Shown: positions 19,972 to 34,536 of the stretch, piece after piece
How the letters are laid out: each line of letters opens with the position of its first letter
How positions within the stretch are numbered: position 1 is the stretch's first letter
Program-made: the position numbers and the translations under genes
Notes under the pieces: model-generated
What the model was told of the DNA's origin: nothing
Seen by the model: only the letters and a program-made list of their open reading frames with translations
Databases searched by the model: none
NCBI GenBank assembly: GCA_051362555.1
Contig: CM120646.1
Location: forward strand, 6,448,001 to 6,512,000
Length of the DNA: 64,000 bases
DNA from: Lingula anatina
Lineage: Eukaryota; Animalia; Brachiopoda
Reading direction: 5' to 3'

Positions 19972-22900
19972 ATACGATGATTAACAGAGAACAAGCGTTT
20001 TTCTATTTATTTACTTCAATGTAGGAATTAATGGTTTGAATTCGGACTAGCACAGTTTGCAAAAAAAAAAAAAAAAAAAAAAAAACTCAAATGAACAAAT
20101 ATTTTTGAATCGAGTAAAACCATTCCATTTTTTTCATAACACAAATGTCAGCGAAAGTACGCATAAAAAGCGAAAACAAATGTTTTCTAAATTTCGATAC
20201 TTAGATTTATGAAATAACGAAGAAAAATATATAGACATATTGGAACATATCTTTCTAATAATGATTTAATTGCTTAATTCTGGTGCATTATATTGATCCT
20301 ATTTATCGGTTTGGCAATTTGAAGCAATAAGGATAAAATTGGGTTTAAGGCATTCTTTTTACTGCTCGGACTTTGCATACGAGTTTTTGATTCACAAGAA
20401 ACAGGTTAATGACATTAATTGCTACAAATCTTCTTCTTAAGAACCATAATGGCGGGTAATATCGCACACAGGGGCGTCCCAGTGACCCTGTTCCTTCTCT
20501 TCTTTTTTTTTCTTTTTGAGAGGAATACAAGTGGCAACCAGAAGGCAGAAACACATTGGGGGGAAAGGCGTCCGTTACATCCAGTCTCTGGTTACGCTTG
20601 AATTCCACCTCTTCCACGAAACATATCATAAATATCGCGAAGGCAAGTGTTTTTCTCATGTCTTTTGATGAATACTCGGAATCGGCATTTCTCCGTGCAA
20701 CGCCGTTACACAGGCCGTTGGTAGCTTAAGATGGTTTTGCTGCCATGAATCTGGATAAAAGGGTGCTTTTACTCCTTCTCCATTCCACGCGGTAAAAGTG
20801 AATGTAATGGTGCCATGGCCTGGGTTCTTTTCGCCCTGTTGGCTGCAACGAGTTCCTCTCGCGTTTCGCACTCCGCGGTAATATATATTAAGGTTTCTAT
20901 GTCGACGCGGGAATATTTATATTATTTATGGGGCTTTTCTGTTGATCGTCATTCCACGGAGCTGTTTTGAGGTGGGTTGGACGGGAGTTTTTTATTCGCT
21001 AGGGGCAACTGAGGCTAAACGCACAGATGGTGCCTTCAATGCGCGGTCTGAACCCTGCGTATATTTTCGGGGAGCGATTTAAAGAATGTTCGGTTATTCC
21101 GCTTAAGCTATTGCACGAAACTCGAGCAAATATTATGAGCTTCTTTCGCATAGTCACATTTTTTAGTTTCAGAAATATTACAGAGGACGTTAACTTATCT
21201 ACCAATCCAAAAAGAAAATTCAAGAAAGCGGCTGAAAATATTTCTTAAAAAGAAAGTAACTTTGAAATTCGAGACATCCAAAAGAACGGGAAAGTGGATA
21301 TAACTACAGATTCTTTCATCTTCGATTTCAATATGTCAAAAATTGGCCCTTCAGCAGTAAATTTACTATACCTTATTGAATTATCTGTTTATGAACTTAA
21401 ATAAAGAATATTAACAGATGCCACACGAATACCGCAACTTTTATTTAAAACCCTTGGTCTCTTTGGATGCCGCTTATCTTAAAGGTTTGAGTGAGAGAAA
21501 ATAAGCCTACAAGACAGTATTTTGACCTCAGTAACTTTTATCATCCGCAATTCCATAGAAATAATGTCAAAAATAAAAGTGACTGAGACGGCTTTTTAAA
21601 CACATTTCGAAACATAGACCAAAATTAAAATAAATAATTTATCTAAGTCAGCTTTGTTGGGAATGGGTGAGGGGCATTCAACGCAAAAGCCACAAAACAT
21701 TGATAATAATGCGACAGGAAGAAGAAAAATAACACTAAAACATACAATTATGCTAATACCGATACGACCAAGAGGTCTTATTAGCTCCCCAATCTGAAAC
21801 ACCAACACTAACACAAAACAAGCAACACTCAACATGACATAACTCACCAAAAATGACAAAATAACCATCAAGTTTACAATCAAAGCTAATCTGGTGTACG
21901 CCAGCCATTAATAAATCTGTACAGAGGCAGAACTTGCAGAGATGCTCGTGAGTGTTATAAGTATAATCGAGTGCTATAAAGCCACCATTAAGGAACCACC
22001 ATACATTAGACTAATGTTTTGTTGTTCTTACACTACATAGATTACTGGTCTTACTACCATTAATGTAAGTGGAGAGAGGGGGGAGTGAAATTCAAAGATA
22101 TATTGAACACAGTTCTTGAATGTTGAACAGAGTTGTTGTTTTTATGTTGGGATTCAATGCATATTTTTCACTTCTTTCGTCTTTCTTTTTTATTTTGTTT
22201 TGAAAATATGAATGGTAATTATTCAACTCTACCTCAAATCGCTGAAACTTAAGAGGGTAATATCTTTAAGGTTTTAAAATGCAGTACTTACTTACTTATC
22301 AAAAGAAGACTACTATTAACAACTAAAATTTAGATTACCAAAAAACAAACTAAGGACTATAATCAGCAAATGGCCGTGAACTTTCTGCTTAGTCCGGAAA
22401 GAAACCAAGTATTCATGTGGAAGATATTGTTCCCGGTTTTTCGAAGAGGTCTATAATTATAGAGGTATTTAAAATATACTAAAATTTTTGTGACTTTTTA
22501 AAGGCCGTTTTCATTAGGCATTTTATCAATTGTGTTTTTTTTATGTTAAATTACCAAGCTAAATACACTTTAAGCGATAAAAAGGGTGTTTCCTTTACAG
22601 TTAATTTTCATGCACAAATCGATTAACTTTTTGTCGAGATCCTTACTTCTATGAACAAAATAATTGACTTGAATTATATTACTTTTCGGTACCATGAAAC
22701 AAATAAAATTACATTTTTGGCTAATTTTTTCTCAATCTAAAACATTCAATGAATCCCAGAAACCGATCCAGGTGACCAATTTACGCCCTGCGGAAGAAAT
22801 GCCAAGTCCGATGATTGACAGTTTTTAAGGAGTTATGGACTATATTATGGGTGACACCGCGGCTTCTAAGAGTGGTAAAAGCATTACGAGCCAGGAAGCC

Positions 22901-25900
22901 GGTCCATTAACGTAACCAGAATTGTTTTGTTTAGCTTGCCCCACCACCTTGTAAATGTTGCCAAAATATGGCCAGGTATATTTCAGTCTTTGGATTTTTT
23001 AGTTAATATTCAACTTGGCGCCAGACTAAAGCAGAAAAAAAAGCAAATCACGCAAAATATGTCAACTGCATTATTATCTTAACTTTTAGGTTGGCCTAAA
23101 TCGATTAAAAATGCACTGAAATCCATACAAATTTTCCCAGTGCAGGAGACTTTTGGTGGCAAAATTAACGAGAGTTTGCCTTAAGAAGGAGATCGCAGGT
23201 AGCGTAACAGGGGGTTAAGATATTTGAAAAAGTTCACATACCTAATGGCAAGGCCGCGAATACGTGCAAATTGGACAAAGTGGCCAAGGCTTAAGTTAGA
23301 CGAGCTACACACCTGGATTAGAAAAACTAAAAAGATTGAGAATATGAAACGCGAAATTCAATACTGAACATAGAAGAGATAATGATAAATAGATCACTTA
23401 ACATGTTAATTAAACATACAGTAGAAATGGGTTTATAATTCAAATAATTCAGATGTAATAAGGCAACAAAAGAAGCATTCTATTGGCAATGGGGCTTGTA
23501 AACGAATAGCTTATCATCAGAAATGTTGAATCAGAGAGCGATGAAGGGGAAAAATACATCAGTAACACCTTTGATCCCATTGTCATCTACGCAATGCTTT
23601 CTACACACACGGCAAGCAATTTTCATAGTGCAAGAACACACCGGCAGATCTTTTCATTTCAGTATGGAAAAAGCCTTGCAAGTTGAAATTAACAGCCCTG
23701 GACTTCCCCATTACCTCCATTATCTAGCGTGTTAATGCCCATCAAAACCTACAACATGGAAAGTAATATCCCATCCTGATGAAATATTTATCCTAGAAGG
23801 AACAAAATCAAAAGCCGCTCAGTTCGACCATTGATTTTTTCACCGTGATGAAAGTCGAGCATGCGGAGAGATGGTGGTCTTTCTGGGGCCGGGTTTACAA
23901 AACGACTTTAGCCCGAAAAATGGTCTAAACTTTTGGAACAAAAGTTACTTTGATCTAATATAAATAATTAGTCGTACAGTTAACTGCAATACTGCACCTT
24001 CTTGGATGATATTTTAGACCAATATGAACACTATTTGGGATAACTACTATGAATATGTCTTCAACTTAAGTACACCAATTCTTTGTCTAAAAGTTAAGTC
24101 TCTGTTTCGGGCTACAGGGCTTTTGTGTCACTTCGTCAAAACCTAGCTGGGTTTTCCAAGTAACTTATTGAAATGATGATCAGGGTGTAGCAGTGCTTTC
24201 TGAAATGCCAATTTTTTTTCATTTTACTCAGGTTTGATAAAAATATTACTAGATATGCTTCCATTCGTTTCAGAACAAAATGGAGAGAGATTGTTGTTTA
24301 CGTGTAGAGACGTTATAACACTGCTTAGGATTTTTTAAAATTATTTTACGTGGACATGCATCTACAAAGTATAATTTGGGTCTAAACTTAAACTAAACCT
24401 TTGACAAATATGATGCGCGTTACCAACAAATAGCTAAGCTGATTTCCAAGCGAAATTTACGGACGCGGCACTAAAAGATTTTTAATTTAAATATTGTACT
24501 AAAACGTAAAAAAGTGTCGTGAGTATCAAGTTTAAAATTATTTTCACAAAGTTACGTTTCTCGTCATGTAGCGGAAAGCAATAAAAGGGATCTTATAAAA
24601 TATATCATAAAATATGATAAAAAATATGAATCAAATAGAGAATGCTTAGTATGACGACTTTTTGTGGAATTTATGCAATACAAAAATGTCCGTTGAAACA
24701 TTTATGCAACATTTGTGAAACAACATTTGTGAAACAATATAAAATGCGAGCAGCCATTTAACCTTCACTGTAAATATGAAGGAAAAACATGAAACCAGTA
24801 AACCTTTTTTTGTTTTGTTTCTCTTTTCAGAAAGATAAAATTTAGCGTAATTTAAATTCATTTGTTAAAATCATTTGTTCTTGTAAGCTAGCGATTAAAA
24901 AAGAAGCGAAAATAACATTTTGGTCTCCATGACAAAGATACGAAAAAAACAACATCGCCAAACATGGATGTTGACAATCATTTGATTTAAGGACAGAAAA
25001 CTCATGTGGCGGAAAAAGAGAAATCTGTCTTAGTAATTTAGTCACAGCCACATTTCTGGCTTAAAACCACACGCACCACGCTCGACTGCGCCAAGACGGG
25101 AGACCATGACTCCGACTTCATTGACTTAACCAAGGGATTGAATTCATTTGCATAATTCAAACATTCTTTTTCATCAATTTCACATATACAGCCGCGCTGT
25201 TTAATCCGTTTACCATAATAATAGGAGAAGGGATTGATGTCTGCCGAGCACAGAATTTCTAATTAAAGTCGTCCACAAATTAATGGGGGAAAGGTTTTAT
25301 TACGATACTGCCCAAACCTGTGTTTTTTTCCTCGTTAAATTTTTTAGGTATATTAAAATTCTGAAACAGTAGCAACAACAATTGAAAATTAACAGTTTGG
25401 TGATTATATGTTGTTTCACGTCTTCTTGCGGCAATGTGGCAGAAAGACATAATTGAAAGTGGGAATTTATGGTGAATATATTTTTTGTCCTTATTCTCTA
25501 ATCAACCGCTTTTGCTTATTTATTCAGTGACTAAATGTGCGTCCACGCCTTCTTTTCATGTTGAATCACACATTTTTAGGAAAAAACAATGACCAACGCA
25601 TCGAAATAAAACAAACTTTTCAGACAAAGGATTTTATAGATTGGACAAAGTAATTAACGAGAAAAACAAATCATGACCAGACGAACAAGATGAATGGTTT
25701 TCTTAATTGAAGCATTAGCAATCACTTGCAGAAGACAGTCCTGTAGAACTAATCTGAATTATTGCATGGTAAATGAAATCGAATTAATCACGACCGCGCC
25801 AGAGTTTATTGATCGATACATAATGTTATCTCTAATTTGAAAAAAAAAAAAATGAAAACAACAGCATCTTCCTACTCTAATAAGACACGTCAAACAGTTC

Positions 25901-26075
25901 TAATATGTGATATATGATAATAATTCTAATATTGAAAGATAGCTATATTAAGTTCTTCATTGAGACTTCCAGAGGTTTCAAACCCCAGGAAAATGAAATG
26001 ATGCAGAAATGCACACACAAATATATACAGCTAAATATGTGCTATATGTAACCACATGAGGTAATGTGGTATTGT

Positions 26076-26112
<37 letters not shown>

Positions 26113-29100
26113 ATGCATTAAGAGAAAACATCGCATGAGAAAAATGGGAAAATATGAAAGATAATAATGCAGTTGACATATTTTTCGTGAAAAATAAGAA
26201 AAGTTAATTATTGTGCTGCGTCACCAAAGCAGTCGGTTACAGAGATTTTGATTTAAAATGGAAAATACCAAAGGGAGCGTCAAAAGATGACCCCTGTCGG
26301 GTCTGTAATTTATCGTCACACCCATGGGTTTCTAGTCAAACCAAACGTAAAAATATGCACAAGGCGTAACAGAAAAATACAAAAGACATATTCACCGCTT
26401 TAGATGACACGGTGCTAATGTCCGTTTTTTTAGGATTTCTACATGGCTTAGTTCTATTTCGTGAATGCCAAGCATATCGGGTATTTTTTATGAAGTGGCG
26501 ATAATTTCTGCCTGAAACACTGTTGTAATTTATGTTATTTTAACACAGTTTTTTACCCCTTGCGATAAGCCACACCAGTTCATTTTATATGGCCCCTATC
26601 GGTAACGATGCATGCATGTTGGAGTGCACAAAAAACAGTTTAAAAATCTGTTCCGTCTATCCAAAACCATTTACAAACATCTTTTTTTCATTTGACAGCA
26701 ACAAGACACACCTGAAAAAGCTCACAAACACATACACACGCTCAAACAAGAACGTGTCCCTACGCACATCTACATAATCGTTCAGAATACAAGGCACCAT
26801 TCCTGGTAAGCATGCATCACTCTTTTTTGAAAAAATCTAGCTGCAAAAGATGACCAAAATACAACAACAATATTTTGGACGTTAAATTTGTATTTAGTCC
26901 TTTTGAAGTGGTTTTTAAGTGTACTTTCCCAAATATATTCCACGTATTTTAAATTTGCATTCATTTCGAAATGCCATAACACGACATTTCTATAGTATAT
27001 CCTTCAATTTAAAAGATTTTTGTATTATTTTGTTATTCTATGGGGCATTTAGAAAGTCAAGGAAGACATTTTCGTATTATGATATTTAACTTTAAACATA
27101 ACATCAAAATTCAGATGCCAATGTCTGTTATTTGGGGGCTTTTCGTGAGGTTATTCAGGGCGCCAGATCTCAAAGTCAGTGTCATTCAGTTCCCATCCAC
27201 TTAACCCAAAGGGGCTTTTCAAATTTCACTGTTGATACGCAAGTATATACAAATCCCTCACATTCATTTCAATAAGTTGCATTTCAAGTCGGTACCTTCA
27301 AAGGCACGCTGTATAAAGCTCTAGCCATCTCATTTGGGTAGGGGGAACATAACTCAAATATGGTTCATCGCAAATTCAAGTTTGTATCGAGAGGGCCCTT
27401 TATATTATTGTATATATAAATAAAATATGCGGTCTACCATTGAAGTGCCCACGAGCAAGAGAGAGGTGTCAAATTTCCGTCTCGGATATGAAATCGTCAT
27501 AAAATATCATAACGCTAATAGTTATATCCTAAGTTATCATATTATTTATTCGATATTAATAAGAATAGCGGTATAAGTGGCTGAGGGTGAACATTATCCC
27601 CGAAGAGGCTGTCGGAAGAGAGGTACATTTTAATAAGAGGCGAGAAACAGCCCACAATACATACTTTGACACTATGACATGAACTATGCAAAAACACAGG
27701 CTGCCTAGATAATTGTGGAAATGTTATGTGCAATTCATTGCGTTTTATATTAGCGACAGATAAATCATGTTCTGTAGCGGAGACAATGGCGAAAAGAGAC
27801 CAGCCAACGAAATTAACATTTTTATAGATAGTCACTGATCTAGTCTTTTGTTTTTATGTCTTTAATTCAATAGGATCGCGCGTGTCATTGAGCTTTCTGC
27901 GCGTGCCAGTTACATTTGGGAACGAATCATTTCTTCTTTTAAAGTCACATAGATCTTCATTTTTCGGACCACTTTCACAACTGTCTTTTGTTCAGGCGCT
28001 ACTTGTCTGTGGCTCGTTTTTTCTCATCAAACACCCTCTGCTAAAGCGTTGCTGGATGATTACGCTTGAGGCTTTATTGTCCATTTATTCAAGTCAGAGA
28101 AACGAAATTGGATTAGAAACAACGTCAATGCGGTTTGCAAAGAGAGAGATGGAGTTTTCCAATTTTCATTCAAAGTGTCTATCCTGTCTAAACAGAAAAA
28201 AAAATTAATGACAAATAATTGTCTAATGCAGCATAAAGGTTAAATGCCATAGCAACTGTCCCCTAAACACATTTCCGCATTCCAAAATTTTGGCCTGACA
28301 GACGATCAGGGTAAGTGTTTCTTTATACCAATTATTTTGCACTTTATTTAATGGGGTCGCTAATGGTTTCAACACCATGTAAGACCTTAAAAGTGAGTGG
28401 GAAGAGAAAATATAGATACATGATGCTATAAGGAAACACTGGTAACACTATCTCAATCTCGTTTTATATTCTGTTCTTCCTAGTAAATTTTTATCGACTC
28501 ATGGTTTCCAGTGTTTTTCATTTGGCAAGTGGTCTTTGGTAAAGGAACCACATTACCATAAATACTCTATATAGTATTCATTTTTAAGTATTTCTAAAGA
28601 AACCTTTCTGCCAACCATGTAGAAAAAATATAATCTCATTGGAACTTTCTTTGCATTTCTGATAAATTCTTTTGGCTTGGGAAAATAATTCATTTTCATA
28701 TTTGTCCTGTAGTTTTTCTTTCTTGTTAAATCAATACAGCTAAAACAACTATAATCAGAGAAATAAACAGCTTAATTGGGCTATTTAAAACTTAATTAGT
28801 CGAAAATAATGAAATGCATTTAAAAAAAGGTGGTATGAATTCATCAAATAGAAAAGCTCACGTCTAAGACTTAAAGCACGCAAAAAAACAAGCCTGAAAG
28901 GGCAATGCTGGGAAAAAGAGAAAATAAGTTTTGAGCTAAAATTCTTCTCCAAAGAATTTTGAAAGCAATATTTTCCAAACCTTCACATTTGTTCCGTTTG
29001 GAAATAATTTACTGCAGCAAGCTAGCAGTGCACTAGACACTGGCAATATATTTTATTGGGAGTTTGCAAAACGACTTAGACAAGCTTTTCAAAGTACTTC

Positions 29101-32039
29101 ACTGGTTTGATATATTGCGTGCACCTGGAACTCAACGTATGAAAGGCTTGGTTCATTGTGCAGCCTTTTCTGTAGATTTCTAAAACAGCTTTCTTTGTTA
29201 ATGAATACACAAACCACAGGCCTTAAAACAGTTTATAAAAGGCGGAAAGAGCGAAGGGATATAAATATAGAAAAAATAAATTGTGAGAGGGAGAAGTGGT
29301 TACTGGCAAACAGGCTATCAAATAAAGAATAAAAGAGCTGAGTGCACGTCATTTGCACTCAATAACCGTTTTCAGATATAAAACAATATCCCATATAAAA
29401 ACCAGTATCCTCGATAATAATAATAAATAAAGCTATTCACAGTTACGTTCTTCTATACATGCATATATGCTCAGTTTAGACAATCCCCTAAATTTTGACA
29501 CACTCTAAAATATATCTCTTCTTAGAGTCCAATTTTCTTAACTGAAATGCAATTTTTTTCTTGAGATATTCTAAGCGTATCTTTTGTTTACTGACTAACA
29601 TGCCTTCCTTCTGTACGGAGACATAAGCCGAATAATACCAACAAGCGTTTACCGAACCCTGAATGTCGGATAGGGTTTATCACGGCGTATATCACTCTCG
29701 AAAAAAACGAACCAATCTTAGTAAACACACTAAATATGAGGAGCTGAAACAGCTTCGTACACAAAGCGAACGACCTAGCCACCCAATGTTTTCCAGCCTC
29801 CCGGCACGAATTAGACAAACGGTTATTTCTCGACTATTCTTACATTAACTACCCGAGCTTTTCTCCATGGTGCCATTAGGGGATTTTATTTCAACTCTTC
29901 TTGATTAAATCCACCGCTGCCTCGAAAGGCCGTATCCATCATTCAATGTTCTACGGCCCCATGACAATTGCGACCCCGTATCAAAAGAACCCATTTTGGA
30001 AGATAATGTAAATCGAGACTGCATTAGATAATAAAGGAAAGTGATGAAAATGTGCCATGTACCTATCAAAATCTGCTAGAGTACATTTTTGATACAGATA
30101 AAATATTGTTTTTCCACCTATGGAAAAGAGAAACAGCTTTTTTCGGGTTCTTTGACTACAAAGTTGGGTGATAAATCATTAGCGGCCATAACTTCGTGCC
30201 TCTGTCGGCTTTCTTTGCATTACCGGTACGCGCCATCCGTGAGTTTGACTTTAGACTGGGTTAACTGTGCATCAACCAGCACTTGATAATACACAAGGCG
30301 TGGTTACACTTAACCTTCGAGAATATATAGTGACTATAGCTGGATTGCATTATTTCAGTTACTGGGGCACCGCAATATTGATAAAAACAGTGGAAAGAAA
30401 TTTGTTAGACAAAAGGCAAAAAAATGGACGTTAAAAATTGAAAAATTATAAATCTAATCACTATAAAACACTTAATGCCTCAAATATCCTTGGAACTACT
30501 CTTGCTTTGAAAGCCATGCAATGCCTTACTCCATAATTTTGCTACAGATATGATAGAAGCTAAACGGGATCTAAAGAACATCTAAAGAAATCTATTATTC
30601 GCCTAGGTTCTTTGACGATCTACTAATAAAACCTTTACTGATGACATATTCTTAACACAAAATACTCTTAAGATTAAAATAGTGCTTATACAGGCCTATA
30701 TACATTAAGAACCGCGCAGGTCCTTTCATGCAATTCATTCCGTGTGTGAAACATTTCACACAAATGCCTAATGATTTTTATTAAAGCTGAAACCAGTATC
30801 AGTTTTTTTTATACACAACACGTAGAAGTCATTTTTCTAACAGTTTATTCGGTAAAACCTTTTAAATGCCACATTTTCTTAGTCGCTTACTAATTATAGG
30901 CCTACTGGTGTACAGAAGTGTAAATATATATTTGTATTTTTTTCTTATTTTGGATTTTTCTCACTCCCATAGAACCCATTAAAATTATCATAATTATCGA
31001 AATACTATATGACATGTAGAAATTAGAATTATAATCATCATTAATAGCAACATTTTAATGTTCAAAATAATCCTTCAATATAATGATTACCTTTCAAACT
31101 TAATTATGCCCTGATACTTGCTTATTTCCTATATTATTCTTATTCATTACACAACGAATACATGTACCTAGTGTTACCAAATGTCTAGTGACTATATGAG
31201 TGAAAATGTTATTTGTGATGTGATAAGCAAAATAAAGTACAGACAAGAAAAGTGATACAGTGGTCAAAATGCGTTATATTACGAATGCCAGTAACCCGCT
31301 CTATATTGAAACACAAACCTGGAACAAAGGCCAAAACGACCAGGTGACCTAAATAATTGAAACGAAAATAGTTCGATAGGGGGCAGCACACGCTAGGTTC
31401 AATTCTATAATTAGGTCAGGAGTAGGATTGTAATGTATGAGGAAAGGATGGTAATCAGCATGCTATTGAGGCATTCAAAACAACGTGCATGATTCCACGG
31501 ATTTCGTTAATATGTGCTAAACGATTGCTATTCGAGCATATTATTTTAAAACGAAATGTAGCATTCACGACGTATTAACATTATTATTATTATTAACATT
31601 ATCGTCATGATTTTTACAGTGCTGGACTAGAAATATGATATCGTTAAATGTAATTTGTGATATTTTTGTTATCAATAAAACCACCCAGCATAGAAAAGTA
31701 AATTAATTTTTTTATTCTGCAAGCTGTGATCTTTATAAAGAAATTGATTAGTTTATTAGTTTGTAGTATATACAATACGAAATGTACTGACTACGTTTTT
31801 ATCTCAAGCTATAGTCTCATATTGTGTTAATAGATGGCGCTGCACTCGCTTTCTTGTAGGCATTGTATAATCAAGCAGTTTTCTTTAAATATTGCACAGG
31901 GGTTAATAGCGTGTTTATACATGGACTTAATGTGTATTTTTTCAAGAGCTCCGATGGGAAAAGTATCACTTGCACTAGAATGTGTCATATGAAAGGAAGA
32001 AAAAAAACAGTAGAGTTTACCCTGTGACAAAACAAAACA

Positions 32040-32047
<8 letters not shown>

Positions 32048-32095
<48 letters not shown>
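32048..32095. repeat. (TA)n microsatellite
   Basis: Perfect dinucleotide run. Confidence 0.95.
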
Positions 32096-32097
<2 letters not shown>

Positions 32098-34451
32098 GCG
32101 AGTAGCATCTTAATAGTAAGATGAATAAAGGGGTATTTATTTAGGGGAAATAATCTGACATCCGAAACATACATAAACCCTGGCAGTAAACACATTTTGG
32201 GCTGTTCGTGGACTTTTTGACCACTGTAAATACTTTTTGTACAACCGCTACACTGTGTAGCAGTTAATCGTCCATACATTTTGATACGCTTTGGTGCTTG
32301 TCTATGACAGATATACGAAAATACAAATATTTAAGGATTGTTTTTTTGTTGTTGACATACCAGATAAGGGTTTATTTGAATTAAGATGTTCATTTTGTGA
32401 TGGCTCTATGGGACCCATTGTCCCAAATTTTGGATAGAAAATTGTGACAACAACAAACTGTATTGTCATCAACTCTAAATTCTTTGTCCTCTTTTAAAAG
32501 CATATGATGATCCTCCATCAAAAGGTTTTTTTTTCAAAATTAAAATAATAATAATAATAACAATTTTGAGAAAAACATGCAACTTACACATTTATGAAAA
32601 TACATGGAAGAGAAACTCTTTTTTATTTTCAAATATATTTTGGTTTAATCTGATGGTTTATCGGAGCTGTTTCTTAACTGTTTTATCATGTATTTCATAC
32701 ACAGGCCAGACGCAAAATGTTACTATGGTAGACATGTTATTAATGAAGTCAAGTGGCAAACGCTAGGCAGGTTTGCGTCAAGATATACATTATCAATAAA
32801 ACGGTGGATTTCCCATACTAAAAATACCAAAAATATAGACAGAGAAGTAAACTTTTTTTAGCAGGAACACACAATATATCAGGCGCGATTTTCCAAGGCA
32901 GCTGCAGCGACAAAATAAGTCGAGAGGTTATCAAGAACGGCACACTCTTTTAAAGACACTCATTTGAACTTGCAGCTGCCTCAAGCCGTCTCCATGGTAA
33001 CGAAATAGATCATCGGCGTTCCCATGACAACGCGGTGCATAACAGGACCCTAAGGATACCCTGAATATTGTAAACGCCTGATTAATGTTCAGAAAGAAAA
33101 GCTGATTTCCATACGTAACATCTGTAGTCTAAGCGTTTCTGAGAGGGTCTTGGAAAATTCCGTCTTTGTGTGTGGTTTGACCCAAGCGTTCAGGGTGTAT
33201 TTTGACTTTTTAAGGTGTCTTGTCAAGTGGTTAAGAGAGATTTATGTAGCCATGGCATTCGAATGGATTCGCAGAGTCCTCGGAATTGTGGCGTGAACTA
33301 GCATGCGGGGTTACCAGGAGTAAGCCGTGTCTTATACTTAATCGAATGGATACGTTATAAGATTAGCTTCCAGACTGTCCTCTAACTAATACAGGCCATT
33401 AATGAAATATAGTAAGGAAGCCTTTCGAGTAGGTTTATTCTTTAGGGTAGACTGATAGTTAGATTACAAGACGATCAAATAGCAAATCTTTAAGTTTACA
33501 ATGTTTCTTACAAAACCTAGAAGAAAATTGACCTCAACGATTTCCCTAGCATTAACCACTTAATTTATTTCAGCGTGCTCTGTACATTTTATTTGCATTC
33601 TCACGCATTGGCATTAATTTGTCGTGCTTGTCTTTATTTAATAATATCTATATATTTATGAATTTATTTTTTGTTTTCAAAAATGTGATACTTCAGATAG
33701 TTTATATCATGCTCTGACCAGCACCTTGTAGTTAATGACTCGTTAACTAAAACGAACTGCAAGGAACTGTTTTCTGCTGTAATAGGCATTACGCAAGAGC
33801 GATATTCCGTAATTCAAAGAACTAAACAATGTGGGTCACCTGTAAATGACCTTGAAGGCATTCATCTGATGTAACAACTACCATTAAGGAAATATAAATA
33901 ATAAAGGATAAAATACATATAATTAATGAAAGAGAGAGAGAGAGAGAAGAAGAAGTAGAAGGACAGGCGCAGGAGTGGGGTGGGGTGGGGGGGTGCGATG
34001 GGAAAATAAAAAAGAAATAATGCAGTAAAACTTAATGCAAAAAGGATTGCCAAGTGCCAGTCTAAAGACAAAAATAATGATAATAATGGAAGTGTTCCCG
34101 CCCAAGAAAACCGACAGAGTTAAATAAAGCCTACGCTGACTCAAGAAAGTCACAAAAAATAAACATCCAGATGTGCATGCAAAGCGCAGTATCAGAACAA
34201 AAGGCAAAGTTTTTTTTTCGTCCAAACCTTACACCTATTTCCTTATTTACCGATCTCATGTCCAACTTCCATTTACCGGTAAAGTTTGCAACTGCTTCGT
34301 CACGGAGTCCCCTGTCAGGCCCACAGTTTATGCTACCGATATGTTTTATGACCGCAGCTGATTCGATGGCGCGATAAACGACAGAAATGACACGAGAGTA
34401 AAATATAAAGGACAATCGGTGATTATATAAAGTGTGATAAGGATCATCTGC

Positions 34452-34536
34452 AGAGAGAGAGAGAGAGAAGTAGAGAGAGAGAGAGAGAGAGAGAGAACGT
34501 GTGTGTGTGTGTGTGTATGCGCGCGCGAGAGAGAGA
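34452..34536. repeat. Compound (GA)n-(GT)n-(GC)n-(GA)n repeat
   Basis: Seen directly. Confidence 0.93.

Noticed and set aside
21596-21883. 95-aa hydrophobic - strand ORF (membrane protein or NUMT?)
   Set aside because: Non-ATG start and no recognisable mitochondrial or other motif. The G/T skew alone gives V/L/F/C-rich translations. BLASTX would settle it.
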